A DNA stretch of 64,000 nucleotides from an uncultured virus (IMG/VR IMGVR_UViG_3300027763_001732) (IMGVR_UViG_3300027763_001732); one strand, 5' to 3'. Counted from the stretch's first letter, positions 18,224-28,280 are shown. Made by a program: numbers and translations. The notes: generated by a model from the letters alone, not told the origin.

Positions 18224-18715
18224 TCAATATGTTTTAGATAATTTGGTTTTTGTTTCTTCTAATCTTACCTTGGCATCAGTTAATCTGTCTGCAAAAAGTG
18301 GGATTAATTCAGAGTTCACCGAGTTCATCTTATATCTGTAAAATTTGATGTTTTCTAAACATCGAAAATATTCTTGATCTAGTTCGTATATAATATCTTC
18401 CTGTGGGGCAGATTTATGTACCCCTTTGTGCAAGCAAAATATAATATGCAGTGCGCTGGAAAATAGCGCAATATTGTCGTAGACTGTGTCTTTAGTGTAT
18501 AAGTCAGTGATAGAATAGTCGTTCTTTTTATGTACATTCAAACTGTATCTATCATAGAACACTAGACTGCGTTCCTGTTCTTTCATAGTGACCATCATAC
18601 CTAGTATATTAGTAGGTATAGCATCATCTAGCATTGCTGCCACTTTAGACGAAAGTCTATCTGCGCTTTTTTTATCTATTGAATAATTTATAGATAATGG
18701 TTTGTGTTTCTTCAT
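18224..18715 (-). CDS. Hypothetical protein
   Basis: 163-aa ORF in operon. Confidence 0.55.
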   Translation of the reverse strand: MKKHKPLSINYSIDKKSADRLSSKVAAMLDDAIPTNILGMMVTMKEQERSLVFYDRYSLNVHKKNDYSITDLYTKDTVYDNIALFSSALHIIFCLHKGVHKSAPQEDIIYELDQEYFRCLENIKFYRYKMNSVNSELIPLFADRLTDAKVRLEETKTKLSKTY

Positions 18716-18887
18716 CGTATATTCTATCTAATAATCCTAGCCCTGTCATTTGTTCGGCTATTTTTTGTTTACGTTCGTCTAAGTCGGATCTAGTAATTTG
18801 ATTGTTTTCTTTAACCAATTTAACAAGTTCTTGTTGCTCGTTGGTTATCATTGTTTTGATACCGGATGCAAGTTCAACTATTTTCAT
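18672..18887 (-). CDS. Hypothetical protein, winged-helix-like
   Basis: 71-aa ORF with ATGA overlap. Confidence 0.5.
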   Translation of the reverse strand: MKIVELASGIKTMITNEQQELVKLVKENNQITRSDLDERKQKIAEQMTGLGLLDRIYDEETQTIIYKLFNR

Positions 18888-19279
18888 TTTGCAAACTTCT
18901 TCCAGCCACTGGCCACAGGGCTTGTTAAATTAACATCAGTGCGTTCTTGACTGCCTTTAGTAGTTAAGTTAATACTCTTTACGCCCATTAATTTATCTGC
19001 GGCTTTGATTTGATCTACTTCTGCATCAGTGTAACCGACCATGCCAATATTTTCTGCCCATGCACTTTCTTGTTGGAACTCGTCGTCTCCTGCTGCCGCT
19101 GCCGCAGCCAATGCTACACCATAACGCATTTGCATGTATGTATCTGTATTTCTTAATTGTGGTTCAATCATTACATTAGGCAAACTTTGATCAATGTCAC
19201 TGCGTTTGACCTTTCCATACTCTTTTGATTGGCCAGTAAAACCAGAATATGCTTCGTTGACAATGTCCTTGATTTTCAT
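18884..19279 (-). CDS. Hypothetical protein, probably internal head protein
   Basis: MKIKDIVNEA N-terminus. Confidence 0.55.
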   Translation of the reverse strand: MKIKDIVNEAYSGFTGQSKEYGKVKRSDIDQSLPNVMIEPQLRNTDTYMQMRYGVALAAAAAAGDDEFQQESAWAENIGMVGYTDAEVDQIKAADKLMGVKSINLTTKGSQERTDVNLTSPVASGWKKFAK

Positions 19280-19701
19280 CTGTTCTGTAGCCTTTGAAGC
19301 AGACTTTGAATCTGTTTTACTTCTGGTTTATTTTTATTCATCGGATCACTGACCATGTCTTCTAAATCACTTTGATCGCTGTCCTGTGGTCCGTTGGGAT
19401 TGACTGGCTTATTTGCTGTGCTAGGCAATGCGCCAACTGTGCCTTGAGGCTTGATTGGTTTAAATCCGCTGGTTTGAGCACCTTGTGCGCCAGCATATTC
19501 TGTGGCAACACTGAAGCGAGGATCATGCTTACTTAAAATGCTTCTAGCAGAGTCCATGTTATCTTTACTCACAGACGATATTAAATCTAATACTTCTGAA
19601 AATTTAAGTGAATTGGAAATGCTGGCAATCTCAGCATCACTGATTTCTCCGCTGGGGTCTGCGAATCTTATTATATCTGTTAAACTACGATCATCTGCCA
19701 T
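19276..19701 (-). CDS. Hypothetical protein
   Basis: 141-aa ORF with ATGA overlap. Confidence 0.55.
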   Translation of the reverse strand: MADDRSLTDIIRFADPSGEISDAEIASISNSLKFSEVLDLISSVSKDNMDSARSILSKHDPRFSVATEYAGAQGAQTSGFKPIKPQGTVGALPSTANKPVNPNGPQDSDQSDLEDMVSDPMNKNKPEVKQIQSLLQRLQNR

Positions 19702-19708
19702 ATATTTG

Positions 19709-20014
19709 TTACCTTGCGTTTGTTGATTTATTCATTGTCTTCAATCGTTTACTCAAAGGATTAGTTGCTTTTGTTCTCTTTGATTTTCTAACGATTTTAG
19801 CATTGAAACGTTTTCTAATTCGCTTCATCATAAATCTCTTCTTCATATTTATCGCTTTACTACAAGCACCGACGTTAGCAACGGTACGACCTTTTTTCTT
19901 ACCGCTGGTACAACGAATCATACGTTTGAGTTTTTTACCGCGCTTGGCCCAAACTCTTTTAGCCTCTGTTAAAGGTAGTTCGGTGTCTTCAACAATGACT
20001 TCAAATTCCATCAT
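19709..20014 (-). CDS. Lys/Arg-rich protein, prohead-core-like
   Basis: Acidic leader ending LTE followed by a very basic body. Confidence 0.5.
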   Translation of the reverse strand: MMEFEVIVEDTELPLTEAKRVWAKRGKKLKRMIRCTSGKKKGRTVANVGACSKAINMKKRFMMKRIRKRFNAKIVRKSKRTKATNPLSKRLKTMNKSTNAR

Positions 20015-20015
20015 A

Positions 20016-20330
20016 TTATTTTGCTAGTAGTTTGATAATATCAGTGCCATGAGCACTTATCCAACCCACTGCAACTAACACACCTGCCACTGTAAATGTC
20101 CAACGATCTTTTAACTTTTCCATGGCGGATATTTTACCTGCAAGTTCTGCATGTTGTTTGTCAGATGCATCGGACATTTCTTTTAATTTATCTGCTAATA
20201 AGTCTCTGGTTTGATCCAGACAATCGTGCATTTCTTTTACATCGACTTTTAACTCGTCCAATTTACTGTCGAGATTCACTACTTTAGTCTCGACTATTCC
20301 TAGCCGTTCTGCTGTTGATGCCATTAACAC
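20016..20330 (-). CDS. Coiled-coil protein with C-terminal transmembrane helix (holin/XhlA-like architecture)
   Basis: Heptad coiled coil then WTFTVAGVLVAVGWI; AAGGAG RBS. Confidence 0.55.
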   Translation of the reverse strand: MLMASTAERLGIVETKVVNLDSKLDELKVDVKEMHDCLDQTRDLLADKLKEMSDASDKQHAELAGKISAMEKLKDRWTFTVAGVLVAVGWISAHGTDIIKLLAK

Positions 20331-20454
20331 AATACTCCTTATAAAATGTGTTGCTTTTATTTTTTTTATGAGCCTGAGTATGTGCCAAATGAATGTAGTG
20401 CATATTGCTATGCACTACCGCGGTGCCTAAGTTTTATACTTGTATTTATGTGAA

Positions 20455-20901
20455 TTATAGATTATCGTTGCGATAAAAGTATATGTTCTTTTGATCTGCG
20501 GCATTGGTTTCAAATACATTTGTATCAAAAACCGCAGTTTCTTCTAAGTCATCATAGACAGGCAAGCCGTCTATATCTCTAACCAATGATGTAGTAGTAA
20601 TACTGCCAACTCTTTCACTGGCAAAACGTAAAATCCATACATTTTGATTCCCAGTAAAATCACTGCCAAAATCATAGTCAGCCAGATCTGCGGCCACAAT
20701 CTTTTCTACACTTGATAGAATTGGCTGACTGCCTAAACTAATTGCTTGTAATAATACATTTAAGTTCTGTGCTTGTTCGTAGCTATTACCTGCTGTTGGA
20801 TCATATACGCCCGAATCTGTAATATCTACTAATGTATAACAAGTAAAATATTCAATGTTGCCGCCTATTACTTCACCTGTTCGTCCTGTTGTGTTTCTCA
20901 T
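20455..20901 (-). CDS. Putative virion structural protein
   Basis: CYTLVDIT..Q.QNL..LLQAISL pattern; AGGAG RBS and TAAATA box. Confidence 0.5.
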   Translation of the reverse strand: MRNTTGRTGEVIGGNIEYFTCYTLVDITDSGVYDPTAGNSYEQAQNLNVLLQAISLGSQPILSSVEKIVAADLADYDFGSDFTGNQNVWILRFASERVGSITTTSLVRDIDGLPVYDDLEETAVFDTNVFETNAADQKNIYFYRNDNL

Positions 20902-20950
20902 ATTAATTCTCCTATGCTGTATTTAACCATATAATACAGAAGTTATAGTC

Positions 20951-20984
20951 AAAAGAAAAACCGCTATACCAAAAAGTATAGCGG
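20951..20984 (-). terminator. Intrinsic terminator
   Basis: CCGCTATAC/GTATAGCGG stem followed by a U-tract on minus. Confidence 0.75.
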
Positions 20985-21016
20985 CTTCCCATCCCGAAAA
21001 AATTACACTCTAAAAA

Positions 21017-21256
21017 TTAGAATGCTACGTTAGTAGCTGTGAAACCAGCTAGATCGCCAACGTCTGCACCTTCGATGATCATGTTAACAACATCGCTGAC
21101 GCCTGGTGTGAAAGCACCGATAGCTGTGATTGTTGAAGTTAACTGAACTGCTTTTACCAAGTTGTTCAAGTCAGTTTGACTTGCGTTTGTCTTAGCAAAA
21201 GCCTTGATGAATACGTCACGTCCGATTGCTGTAAATGGGGCTGCATTTTGTGCCAT
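21017..21256 (-). CDS. Small, probably abundant, structural protein
   Basis: Strong AGGAG RBS, own TAAATA box and terminator, Ala/Thr-rich. Confidence 0.55.
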   Translation of the reverse strand: MAQNAAPFTAIGRDVFIKAFAKTNASQTDLNNLVKAVQLTSTITAIGAFTPGVSDVVNMIIEGADVGDLAGFTATNVAF

Positions 21257-21336
21257 AATAAAATTCTCCTAATTTGTTTCTTCGAAAACTTTGTTTTCTT
21301 AAGTTTATTTATCTTCTTTTTAAGATATTATACTAT

Positions 21337-22107
21337 CTACTGCTTGTTTTTTGGACCAGTTAAAGCATAGCCCAGCTTATATCCTGCTATTAGTCCTGCC
21401 GCTGGTGCTAGTGCCGACAGCCATCCTGTTTTACCTGGTTCTGGCTTTTGTCCGTAGCCCAAGTTAGCAAGTTCTGCATCTACGGGAGCATTTAACTTAT
21501 ATCCTTTGGTTTTACCCAAGTCTTCTAAGAACACTGCCATTTCACTGCGTTTTGCAAACTTACGATAATATTGTAGCATACGTGTAACTACTAATTCTCG
21601 TTGCATGTCATTGATGGCAGGCCAGTCTTGTGCCAATCTGCGAATACTTTTTAATTTACTGTCTGTTATGTTTAATTGTTTTTCTAAGCGCAATAGCAAT
21701 ACTGCGGCATCTTCTTTTCTTAAACTTCCGTCTGCTAATAAATCCAAGTAGCGTTTTACAGTAGGAGTATGTACCTTTAGCTTTGATCTAAGCAAAGCAT
21801 CAGCTTCCGGATTTTGACGTATCTTTTTACTGAAAACACTGTCCGGATTAGCCAGTATGTTTAAGCTGGTATATAAGTCTGTGCCAGCAAGTCTAGGACG
21901 TAAAAAGTTTCTATATCCTATGGTTTTATCTGCATAGTTCTTTGATACTGGTGCAGTTTCGTATTCGTTTTGTAGTATGAACAGTGAAATTAAATCTAAA
22001 AAAGCAAAATCGCTGACATTTCTCAGATTAAGACCTGCTGTGTTTGAGCGGTACTGTCTGCTTTCTACTAGTAGATCCCAGCCCGATAAATGTTCAAAGT
22101 CTTCCAT
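21337..22107 (-). CDS. Hypothetical protein, probably head-associated
   Basis: 256-aa ORF with LVES near the N-terminus. Confidence 0.6.
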   Translation of the reverse strand: MEDFEHLSGWDLLVESRQYRSNTAGLNLRNVSDFAFLDLISLFILQNEYETAPVSKNYADKTIGYRNFLRPRLAGTDLYTSLNILANPDSVFSKKIRQNPEADALLRSKLKVHTPTVKRYLDLLADGSLRKEDAAVLLLRLEKQLNITDSKLKSIRRLAQDWPAINDMQRELVVTRMLQYYRKFAKRSEMAVFLEDLGKTKGYKLNAPVDAELANLGYGQKPEPGKTGWLSALAPAAGLIAGYKLGYALTGPKNKQ

Positions 22108-22354
22108 TATTTGCTTCTTTAATTTGTTTAATTCCTCTTCGGAATTTCATTTCATCGCCAGTTTTTAAGCTGTTGAATAAACGTTTTAATAAATCTTCAC
22201 TTTGCTCTTGGTTAAAGTTTTCTTGTATATATTCAACAAGATACCGAGTACTCGCAATGACATTTACGGCTTTGTTTTCCACAAAACTTTCCCTGTCCCT
22301 CTGCGGTACAATATTGGTAATTTCTTCAAGTAAAGAACGTGTATGTTTACGCAC
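22094..22354 (-). CDS. Hypothetical protein
   Basis: 86-aa ORF overlapping the next gene. Confidence 0.6.
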   Translation of the reverse strand: MRKHTRSLLEEITNIVPQRDRESFVENKAVNVIASTRYLVEYIQENFNQEQSEDLLKRLFNSLKTGDEMKFRRGIKQIKEANNGRL

Positions 22355-22415
22355 TATTATAATCCATCCTTGAAAGTATTTATCAGATAAATAACTTTAA
22401 CAGTGGAGTAATATT

Positions 22416-22877
22416 ATGACTATGATGTCGAGTACAAATTTTAATATGGGCACAGTTCTAAACAAACTACGAGCCATTGAAGAACAAGCAGAGTTAAACG
22501 AAGTAGATCCGGGCATGGAACAAAGTGGGAAAGAAATCGACAGCGGTAGTTTCACACGCACAATGAGTCGTTTGGCTTCTATCAAAGATGCAGTAAGCGA
22601 AGATCACTACAACGATCTAAAAGCTGGCGTTCGTGCAATGTATATGAACCGTAGACCAAGTCTAAATCAAATGACTGCTCTCATGGATTTATTAGAAACT
22701 GTGTTGGCATATGTTGCTGAAGATAACAGCCTATTCCAAAGACTGAAAACAGACTTAAATAAAGACTCGGAAGCCGCTGCTCAAGAACAACCTGCCAGCG
22801 AGCCCAACGCAGAAGTTGGTGCACCTACAACTGCTGAACCAACACCGCCACAAGAACCTCTTCGTGGTTTAAAGTAA
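22416..22877 (+). CDS. Hypothetical protein
   Basis: GGAG RBS and TAAATA box; convergent with the helicase gene. Confidence 0.6.
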   Translation: MTMMSSTNFNMGTVLNKLRAIEEQAELNEVDPGMEQSGKEIDSGSFTRTMSRLASIKDAVSEDHYNDLKAGVRAMYMNRRPSLNQMTALMDLLETVLAYVAEDNSLFQRLKTDLNKDSEAAAQEQPASEPNAEVGAPTTAEPTPPQEPLRGLK

Positions 22878-24344
22878 TCAACTCTTCTTTAGAAGATTAT
22901 TAAGTCTATTATTACTGTCCATTGTCCTAATCGCAATGGACGGTTCCACTTTAGACTGTGGTGTTTCTAAACTAAATCCTTCTTTGGCTTTCGGACGTTC
23001 CCATGTAGTTGATGCACTGGGTGTGCTGGTAGACTCTGTATTAGCTTGGCGTCGCAGTCTATCATGTAACACATCTGCTGTAGTAGGTGCATCTGGGCTA
23101 TCTTCATCTAAGTCTGTGATACGCAAACTTGTTGTATTAAACTCTAATTCAATCTTTGTACCCACAGCACTACTGCTACGTGTCTTCATAAACTGCAACT
23201 GTACTCTGCCACGCTCACGCATGGTCATACTGTTAAAGATACCAATAACGTTGTCAGCAGTTTGGATTTTAGATAAACCTCCGCTGATGTGACTATGATC
23301 AAATTCAACACTTTCCACTGCGCCACGATTCAACTGACTGGCTGTGCAAAATAAGAATCCACCCTGTACTGCCATAGCCCTAAGTTCTTCCGAAACGTAC
23401 TTGTCTTTAATAAAAGTATTCTCTGCTGAAATCTTTACAGACACTGGCGTCATTAAATCTAAGTAGTCAACTACTACAAAATCAATTTTATTATTGTGTT
23501 GAATTTGGAATTCTTTTATCCAAGACTTCAAGTCGTTGACAGTAATACCTGCTGTGAGTTGCACAATCTGTAATCTTCCCGACTTCTTGCCTTTTATCTT
23601 AATGTTAAGGTCGACGTCGTCGATGTTCTTATAAATGTCTTTAGTAGCGATTCCCATAAGCATGGCATCCATACGCATACTACATAGACCTTCGCTGAGT
23701 TCAAGACTAAAGTAAACTCCATTAAGTCCTTGTTGACTCCAATTCAATGCCAAGTTTTGTAAGAACAAACTCTTGCCCGCACCACTGCCGCCTGCAAAGA
23801 TATTAAGTTCGCCTCTGTTGAATCCACCATATAACTTTTCATCAATGGTCTTCCACCCTGTGCTAGTACCGCCATTTTGATTCTTAAGTAACATTAGTCG
23901 ACCCATGGGGTCTTCGTAGTAGTTTGTACCAAAGCTCTTTGGTAATCCAATGTTACTGGCGTCTTTGATAAGTTTCTCTACTTCACCATAACGCTGTTTG
24001 TCCAACAAGTCAGCACTGGTTAGAATGGCTTTCTCTAATGCTTTGTGGCGGGCAAACTGTTCAAACTCTGCTAAGAACCATTCTTTATGACTGGCAGCTT
24101 CTCCAGGTATGATTCTTAATTCTGTATCTGTTACTGCTTTAATTTGTTCTACTGTAGGACAGTCGCTGTACTTGCCAGCATATTCTTTAATGAACTCTGC
24201 GGTTGCCTGCAAACTCCTACTAAAGTAACTGCCTTCTAAAACGTTTTGGCAACGACTCAGCAACTCCTTGTCACTTACTAAAAATTCTAAAAATAACTTT
24301 TGTAAGTCTGTACTATATTCTTTTACTTCATTACTCATTGACAA
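22878..24344 (-). CDS. Replicative DNA helicase (T4 gp41/DnaB-like)
   Basis: GGSGAGKS Walker A, SLEL, VVVDYLDL, TASQLNR, TAD. Confidence 0.95.
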   Translation of the reverse strand: MSMSNEVKEYSTDLQKLFLEFLVSDKELLSRCQNVLEGSYFSRSLQATAEFIKEYAGKYSDCPTVEQIKAVTDTELRIIPGEAASHKEWFLAEFEQFARHKALEKAILTSADLLDKQRYGEVEKLIKDASNIGLPKSFGTNYYEDPMGRLMLLKNQNGGTSTGWKTIDEKLYGGFNRGELNIFAGGSGAGKSLFLQNLALNWSQQGLNGVYFSLELSEGLCSMRMDAMLMGIATKDIYKNIDDVDLNIKIKGKKSGRLQIVQLTAGITVNDLKSWIKEFQIQHNNKIDFVVVDYLDLMTPVSVKISAENTFIKDKYVSEELRAMAVQGGFLFCTASQLNRGAVESVEFDHSHISGGLSKIQTADNVIGIFNSMTMRERGRVQLQFMKTRSSSAVGTKIELEFNTTSLRITDLDEDSPDAPTTADVLHDRLRRQANTESTSTPSASTTWERPKAKEGFSLETPQSKVEPSIAIRTMDSNNRLNNLLKKS

Positions 24345-25309
24345 TATCTCTTTCCCATTAATCTAATTTTTGTTGGACTATGCTCTGCGGCCTGTAGTAT
24401 GCTGTGAATAGCAAACAATCGTCCATATTTCATTACTGCGTCACTGACGTCTTTACAGTTTTCCCATTCGGGAAAACTTACACTCCAGCCGTAGTCTGCG
24501 GCACGTTCTACTAAATCTCTGCCTGCTTTATCTCTGTCCGGAATCACGATAGGTTCTATATTTAAGTCTTCGATCAGTTGTGCTTGATGGTCACTTAAAT
24601 TATTACTACCAATGCTTAAACCGCTGGTTAACAATGCATCCATTTCACCTTCTGTGACAATAACAAACTGTCTATTATCTCTTTGATTGTCTAAACCAAA
24701 TACATAGTCGGCTGGTGCTTTCTTGTAATACTTGGAAAACTTACTGGGCAGTTCTCCTATGACATGCCTGCTTTGAAAGCCCACTAATCTATTTTCATAT
24801 GTTAATGGCAGTATAGCTCTATTATTTAATCCTGCATATGTTGTGTCAGTTTCCAACCATACTGCTAGATCATACACTTGCCTGTGTTTTAAATATTCTA
24901 TCTTGTCAGGAGTATCTAAAGGTCTTACTTCAAATCCCAGGTCATAGTCAGGCCAGTTAGGAGTCCATGTCGGTTCTGGTTCACGTTGTACTAATGTTTC
25001 TACATCTGCTTGGCTCAGTAGTTCCAAGTTTAATCGTTGTACTTCTGCTTCATCAAAGCCTAACTGACGCATAAGTTTACGCATCTTAAAGCTCAGTGTT
25101 CTTCCTTGTGTCCAACTTGTTTTGAACTGACAGTTAAAGCAGTGATAACTGACAGCACCATCGGGATTAAACATCATGCCGCCGCGACGTTTTGAATCAG
25201 GGCGACTCTGCCCATTGACCACACACATAGGGCAATTAAAACTCAGCCAGCCTTTGGGACTAGGTCTTCCGTGTATGCGAGATTGTAATAGTGTTTGTAA
25301 GGCCGACAT
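24335..25309 (-). CDS. DNA primase (gp61-like)
   Basis: CPMC..YHCFNC zinc finger; TEGEMDA and PDRDKAG TOPRIM motifs. Confidence 0.93.
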   Translation of the reverse strand: MSALQTLLQSRIHGRPSPKGWLSFNCPMCVVNGQSRPDSKRRGGMMFNPDGAVSYHCFNCQFKTSWTQGRTLSFKMRKLMRQLGFDEAEVQRLNLELLSQADVETLVQREPEPTWTPNWPDYDLGFEVRPLDTPDKIEYLKHRQVYDLAVWLETDTTYAGLNNRAILPLTYENRLVGFQSRHVIGELPSKFSKYYKKAPADYVFGLDNQRDNRQFVIVTEGEMDALLTSGLSIGSNNLSDHQAQLIEDLNIEPIVIPDRDKAGRDLVERAADYGWSVSFPEWENCKDVSDAVMKYGRLFAIHSILQAAEHSPTKIRLMGKRYCQ

Positions 25310-25321
25310 GACCTTACTATT

Positions 25322-26137
25322 TTAACTTCTGTAAAGTATTTTGTCAACTGTTCCGGTGTTATTGACATCAGGTGTGTATACCACTTTTATCCAACGGAAG
25401 CTGCCTTTAAAGTTCCAGCCCTGGGTTTGGTGAGTACCTGTTATAGCAATCGTAGGACTAGTTGGACTCGAGTTGATAGGCAGAGAATATTGCCCATCGA
25501 TAAATTTGATCGGACTATAGTTGCCCATGCTGCCATATTCTAAACTACCAAAGGCAGTTAGTGTACCTACAAAGTTAGTTGTTTCGATTTGAAGGGTATG
25601 TAATGTGCTACTGTCGTTTTTCTGTAGATTACTTGCCACCGGCTGACTAATCATCGCTACATTGTCTTGAGTAAAATGCAATAACGTACTGTCAAAGAAC
25701 TTTGGATATGCTCCGTCGACTAATTCAATTTCCATGGTAGCCGCTCTGTTTAAATCAGAATACAAGCTTCGAGCCATACCATCATCTTCGTATAGTTGAG
25801 CACTGAGTTGATATATTCCTGGTTCCAGATCAGTTAAATCATAGCCAAATATACTAAACTCGCAGTAACCATTTTGTGGTTCTTTGATCTGTGCTCTGCG
25901 CTGTAATACTAACTCGCCGCGTCTGACCTGCATGACATTGACCATGATAGTTTTACCTAGCAAGTTAACAGGTTTACGGTCTTGATTTTTTATATCAAAA
26001 CCCAGCTTGGTGTCTACTCCCTTGTAGACCGTTTTTCGTGTTGTGCTAAATGGCATGTTTTTTGTCCTGCTGTATCCATCAGAGTATATTAATACGCTTC
26101 GTTGCGGATAATCTAGTAATGTGAATGTATCGCTCAT
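25322..26137 (-). CDS. Putative baseplate/structural beta-sandwich protein (BppU-like)
   Basis: VYKGVD...KNQDRKPVNL..DL..G.Y pattern; TAAATA box. Confidence 0.45.
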   Translation of the reverse strand: MSDTFTLLDYPQRSVLIYSDGYSRTKNMPFSTTRKTVYKGVDTKLGFDIKNQDRKPVNLLGKTIMVNVMQVRRGELVLQRRAQIKEPQNGYCEFSIFGYDLTDLEPGIYQLSAQLYEDDGMARSLYSDLNRAATMEIELVDGAYPKFFDSTLLHFTQDNVAMISQPVASNLQKNDSSTLHTLQIETTNFVGTLTAFGSLEYGSMGNYSPIKFIDGQYSLPINSSPTSPTIAITGTHQTQGWNFKGSFRWIKVVYTPDVNNTGTVDKILYRS

Positions 26138-26182
26138 AGTTATATTTATTTAAATTAATTGAATTGAAATGGCTGCTAAATA

Positions 26183-26557
26183 TTGACAATGTCAGATCAC
26201 AAAGAAATATTAGAAAAATTCCCTTTCTTAAGCCTATGCAGGGCAGGGGAAGATGAAGTCATAGGTATAATACAAAACTATACTCAAACTCTGGCCAGCA
26301 TATATGTGTTAAATGTATTAAACTGTGTCGAAGATCGCCAAGAATTCCTAGAATGCGGGGAAGAGTGGTGGTGGCAAAGTAATAGACAGTTACCAATTAA
26401 TTTGTTTATAGGACCCAAATTTAAACGATTCAGCTACAGTCTTCGAACATATAATGTCAAAGATTTTGAATTGCTACATGGCGAAGCAGTTAGTCTACAA
26501 AACATTATCACCAAACGCATTAAACGCAGACAAATTCAACTAGTTCAAAAATTATAA
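26183..26557 (+). CDS. Hypothetical phage protein
   Basis: FPFLS..GIIQN..WWWQSNRQLPINLF. Confidence 0.6.
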   Translation: MTMSDHKEILEKFPFLSLCRAGEDEVIGIIQNYTQTLASIYVLNVLNCVEDRQEFLECGEEWWWQSNRQLPINLFIGPKFKRFSYSLRTYNVKDFELLHGEAVSLQNIITKRIKRRQIQLVQKL

Positions 26558-26570
26558 GATAAGTATATGT

Positions 26571-27281
26571 ATGCTAGAAATACTATATACTCTCATACTA
26601 ACCCATATCACCATCGTCTCTGTGACCTGTTTTTTACACAGAAGCCAAGCACATAAATCAGTTACATTTCATCCCATTGTTGAACATTTTTTTAGATTAT
26701 GGCTGTGGTTAACCACTGGAATGATTACTAGACAATGGGTAGCAATACATAGAAAACATCACAGCACAACTGATAAAGAAGGCGACCCACATAGTCCACA
26801 TGTACATGGAATTTTGAACATACTATTCAGAGGTGTTTACTATTATTATTTGTCGGGCAAAAATGCAAAAATGGTAGTGAGTTTTGGCAGGGGCACACCC
26901 GATGATTGGATTGAAAGAAAACTATACACTCCCTATAATTACTCAGGCGTGATTGTAATGCTAGCCATTAATTTATTGTTATTCGGATGGATGGGACTTG
27001 TGATATGGGCAGTACAGATGCTGTGGATACCGTTTTGGGCGGCAGGAGTTATCAATGGCTTGGGTCACTGGTGGGGATATAGAAACGGCGACACCAAAGA
27101 TCGTAGCACTAATTTAATACCGTGGGCTATATGGATCGGTGGCGAAGAATTGCACAATAACCATCACATGACTCCAGCTAGTGCAAAGTTAAGCAAACGA
27201 TGGTTTGAATTTGATATAGGATGGTTTTATATTAAAACTCTCAGCCTATTAGGTCTTGCCACTGTTAATACTGTAAGCTAG
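26571..27281 (+). CDS. Membrane fatty acid (delta-9-type) desaturase
   Basis: His boxes HRSQAH, HRKHH, HNNHH; EFDIGW; TM segments. Confidence 0.92.
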   Translation: MLEILYTLILTHITIVSVTCFLHRSQAHKSVTFHPIVEHFFRLWLWLTTGMITRQWVAIHRKHHSTTDKEGDPHSPHVHGILNILFRGVYYYYLSGKNAKMVVSFGRGTPDDWIERKLYTPYNYSGVIVMLAINLLLFGWMGLVIWAVQMLWIPFWAAGVINGLGHWWGYRNGDTKDRSTNLIPWAIWIGGEELHNNHHMTPASAKLSKRWFEFDIGWFYIKTLSLLGLATVNTVS

Positions 27282-27827
27282 TTGATTAAGCTGTAGCACA
27301 ATAGCAGCCGAATACCCAATGGCATGACTCTTCTTAAAACTATAAACATCTTCTGTTTTAGTCCATACTTCTTTTTCTATCTCACTCCAGCTACGTCCTA
27401 TTAAATGTTTCTTTCCAGGACGTATAACTGCCAATACCATGGCAAGTTGTTCAATACTACGTGGCTTCATTCTAATAACCGTATCGCTGTGATTGTGAAT
27501 ATGGAACAACTGTTGAATAACTTCTCTATGTTCCAATAACTCCCACATTGGTTCTTTGTCTAATAACTCGTCTATCTGTTCGTTGCTAGAGAAGTTACTG
27601 TAGATGCCAACGTTAAGCAAGTCAATTTTAAACCAGCCTGTGTTTTCTGCCTGTTTATAATCTAATGTACATAATCCTGTAAACGGATTAGTAGGTACAT
27701 GATGAAAATAAACACCTGTATTATGTTTACGTTCTTTACTGCCTTCTTTTTGCATGGCGGCAGTGTGGGTTACTAATTTAAGAACTTGTTCTCTATCTGC
27801 AAAGTCTATATCAACGTCAAAGCTCAA
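27249..27827 (-). CDS. DNA polymerase III alpha (DnaE) catalytic-core fragment
   Basis: DVDIDF, KHNTGV, KIDLL, IRPG, FKKSHAIGY in only 192 aa. Confidence 0.8.
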   Translation of the reverse strand: MSFDVDIDFADREQVLKLVTHTAAMQKEGSKERKHNTGVYFHHVPTNPFTGLCTLDYKQAENTGWFKIDLLNVGIYSNFSSNEQIDELLDKEPMWELLEHREVIQQLFHIHNHSDTVIRMKPRSIEQLAMVLAVIRPGKKHLIGRSWSEIEKEVWTKTEDVYSFKKSHAIGYSAAIVLQLNQLAYSINSGKT

Positions 27828-28054
27828 TGTAAACTCCTGGCTTCATAAGGTTGTACACTATCTTTCTTATCCACAAGACTATCGATCATAGTACTATAAT
27901 CTTTGTCACTTAAAACAGTTTTGTACAAACCCAAGGCTTGACTTGCTAGTACTGCGGCAATAGCCAAGGGATTTTGATCTTCTTTTAATAGCCGTTCCAT
28001 GACCATTAACACTTCATTATAAACGTATTCTAAACTAGTATCTTTTTCACTCAT
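27824..28054 (-). CDS. Hypothetical protein
   Basis: Overlapping operon ORF. Confidence 0.55.
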   Translation of the reverse strand: MSEKDTSLEYVYNEVLMVMERLLKEDQNPLAIAAVLASQALGLYKTVLSDKDYSTMIDSLVDKKDSVQPYEARSLH

Positions 28055-28280
28055 TGTTCATCCTAGAGGCTCTATTTGCTTTGTTGTCAGTGGCATATAG
28101 TTTTTGTTCTAATACTGCAACCTTTTTGAGTAAACGCTGATATGATTCGGCAGTGGGTACAACTACTCTAGAACCATTCATTTCTATTTCAACCATGTCG
28201 TTGATCAGTCTAACTCGTGCTTCCTGTACTTGTTTACTTTTCAGTAATACTGGCACTGCTCGTTGCTTGTATTGATTCAT
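28047..28280 (-). CDS. Hypothetical protein with C-terminal coiled coil
   Basis: Overlapping operon ORF. Confidence 0.55.
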   Translation of the reverse strand: MNQYKQRAVPVLLKSKQVQEARVRLINDMVEIEMNGSRVVVPTAESYQRLLKKVAVLEQKLYATDNKANRASRMNNE

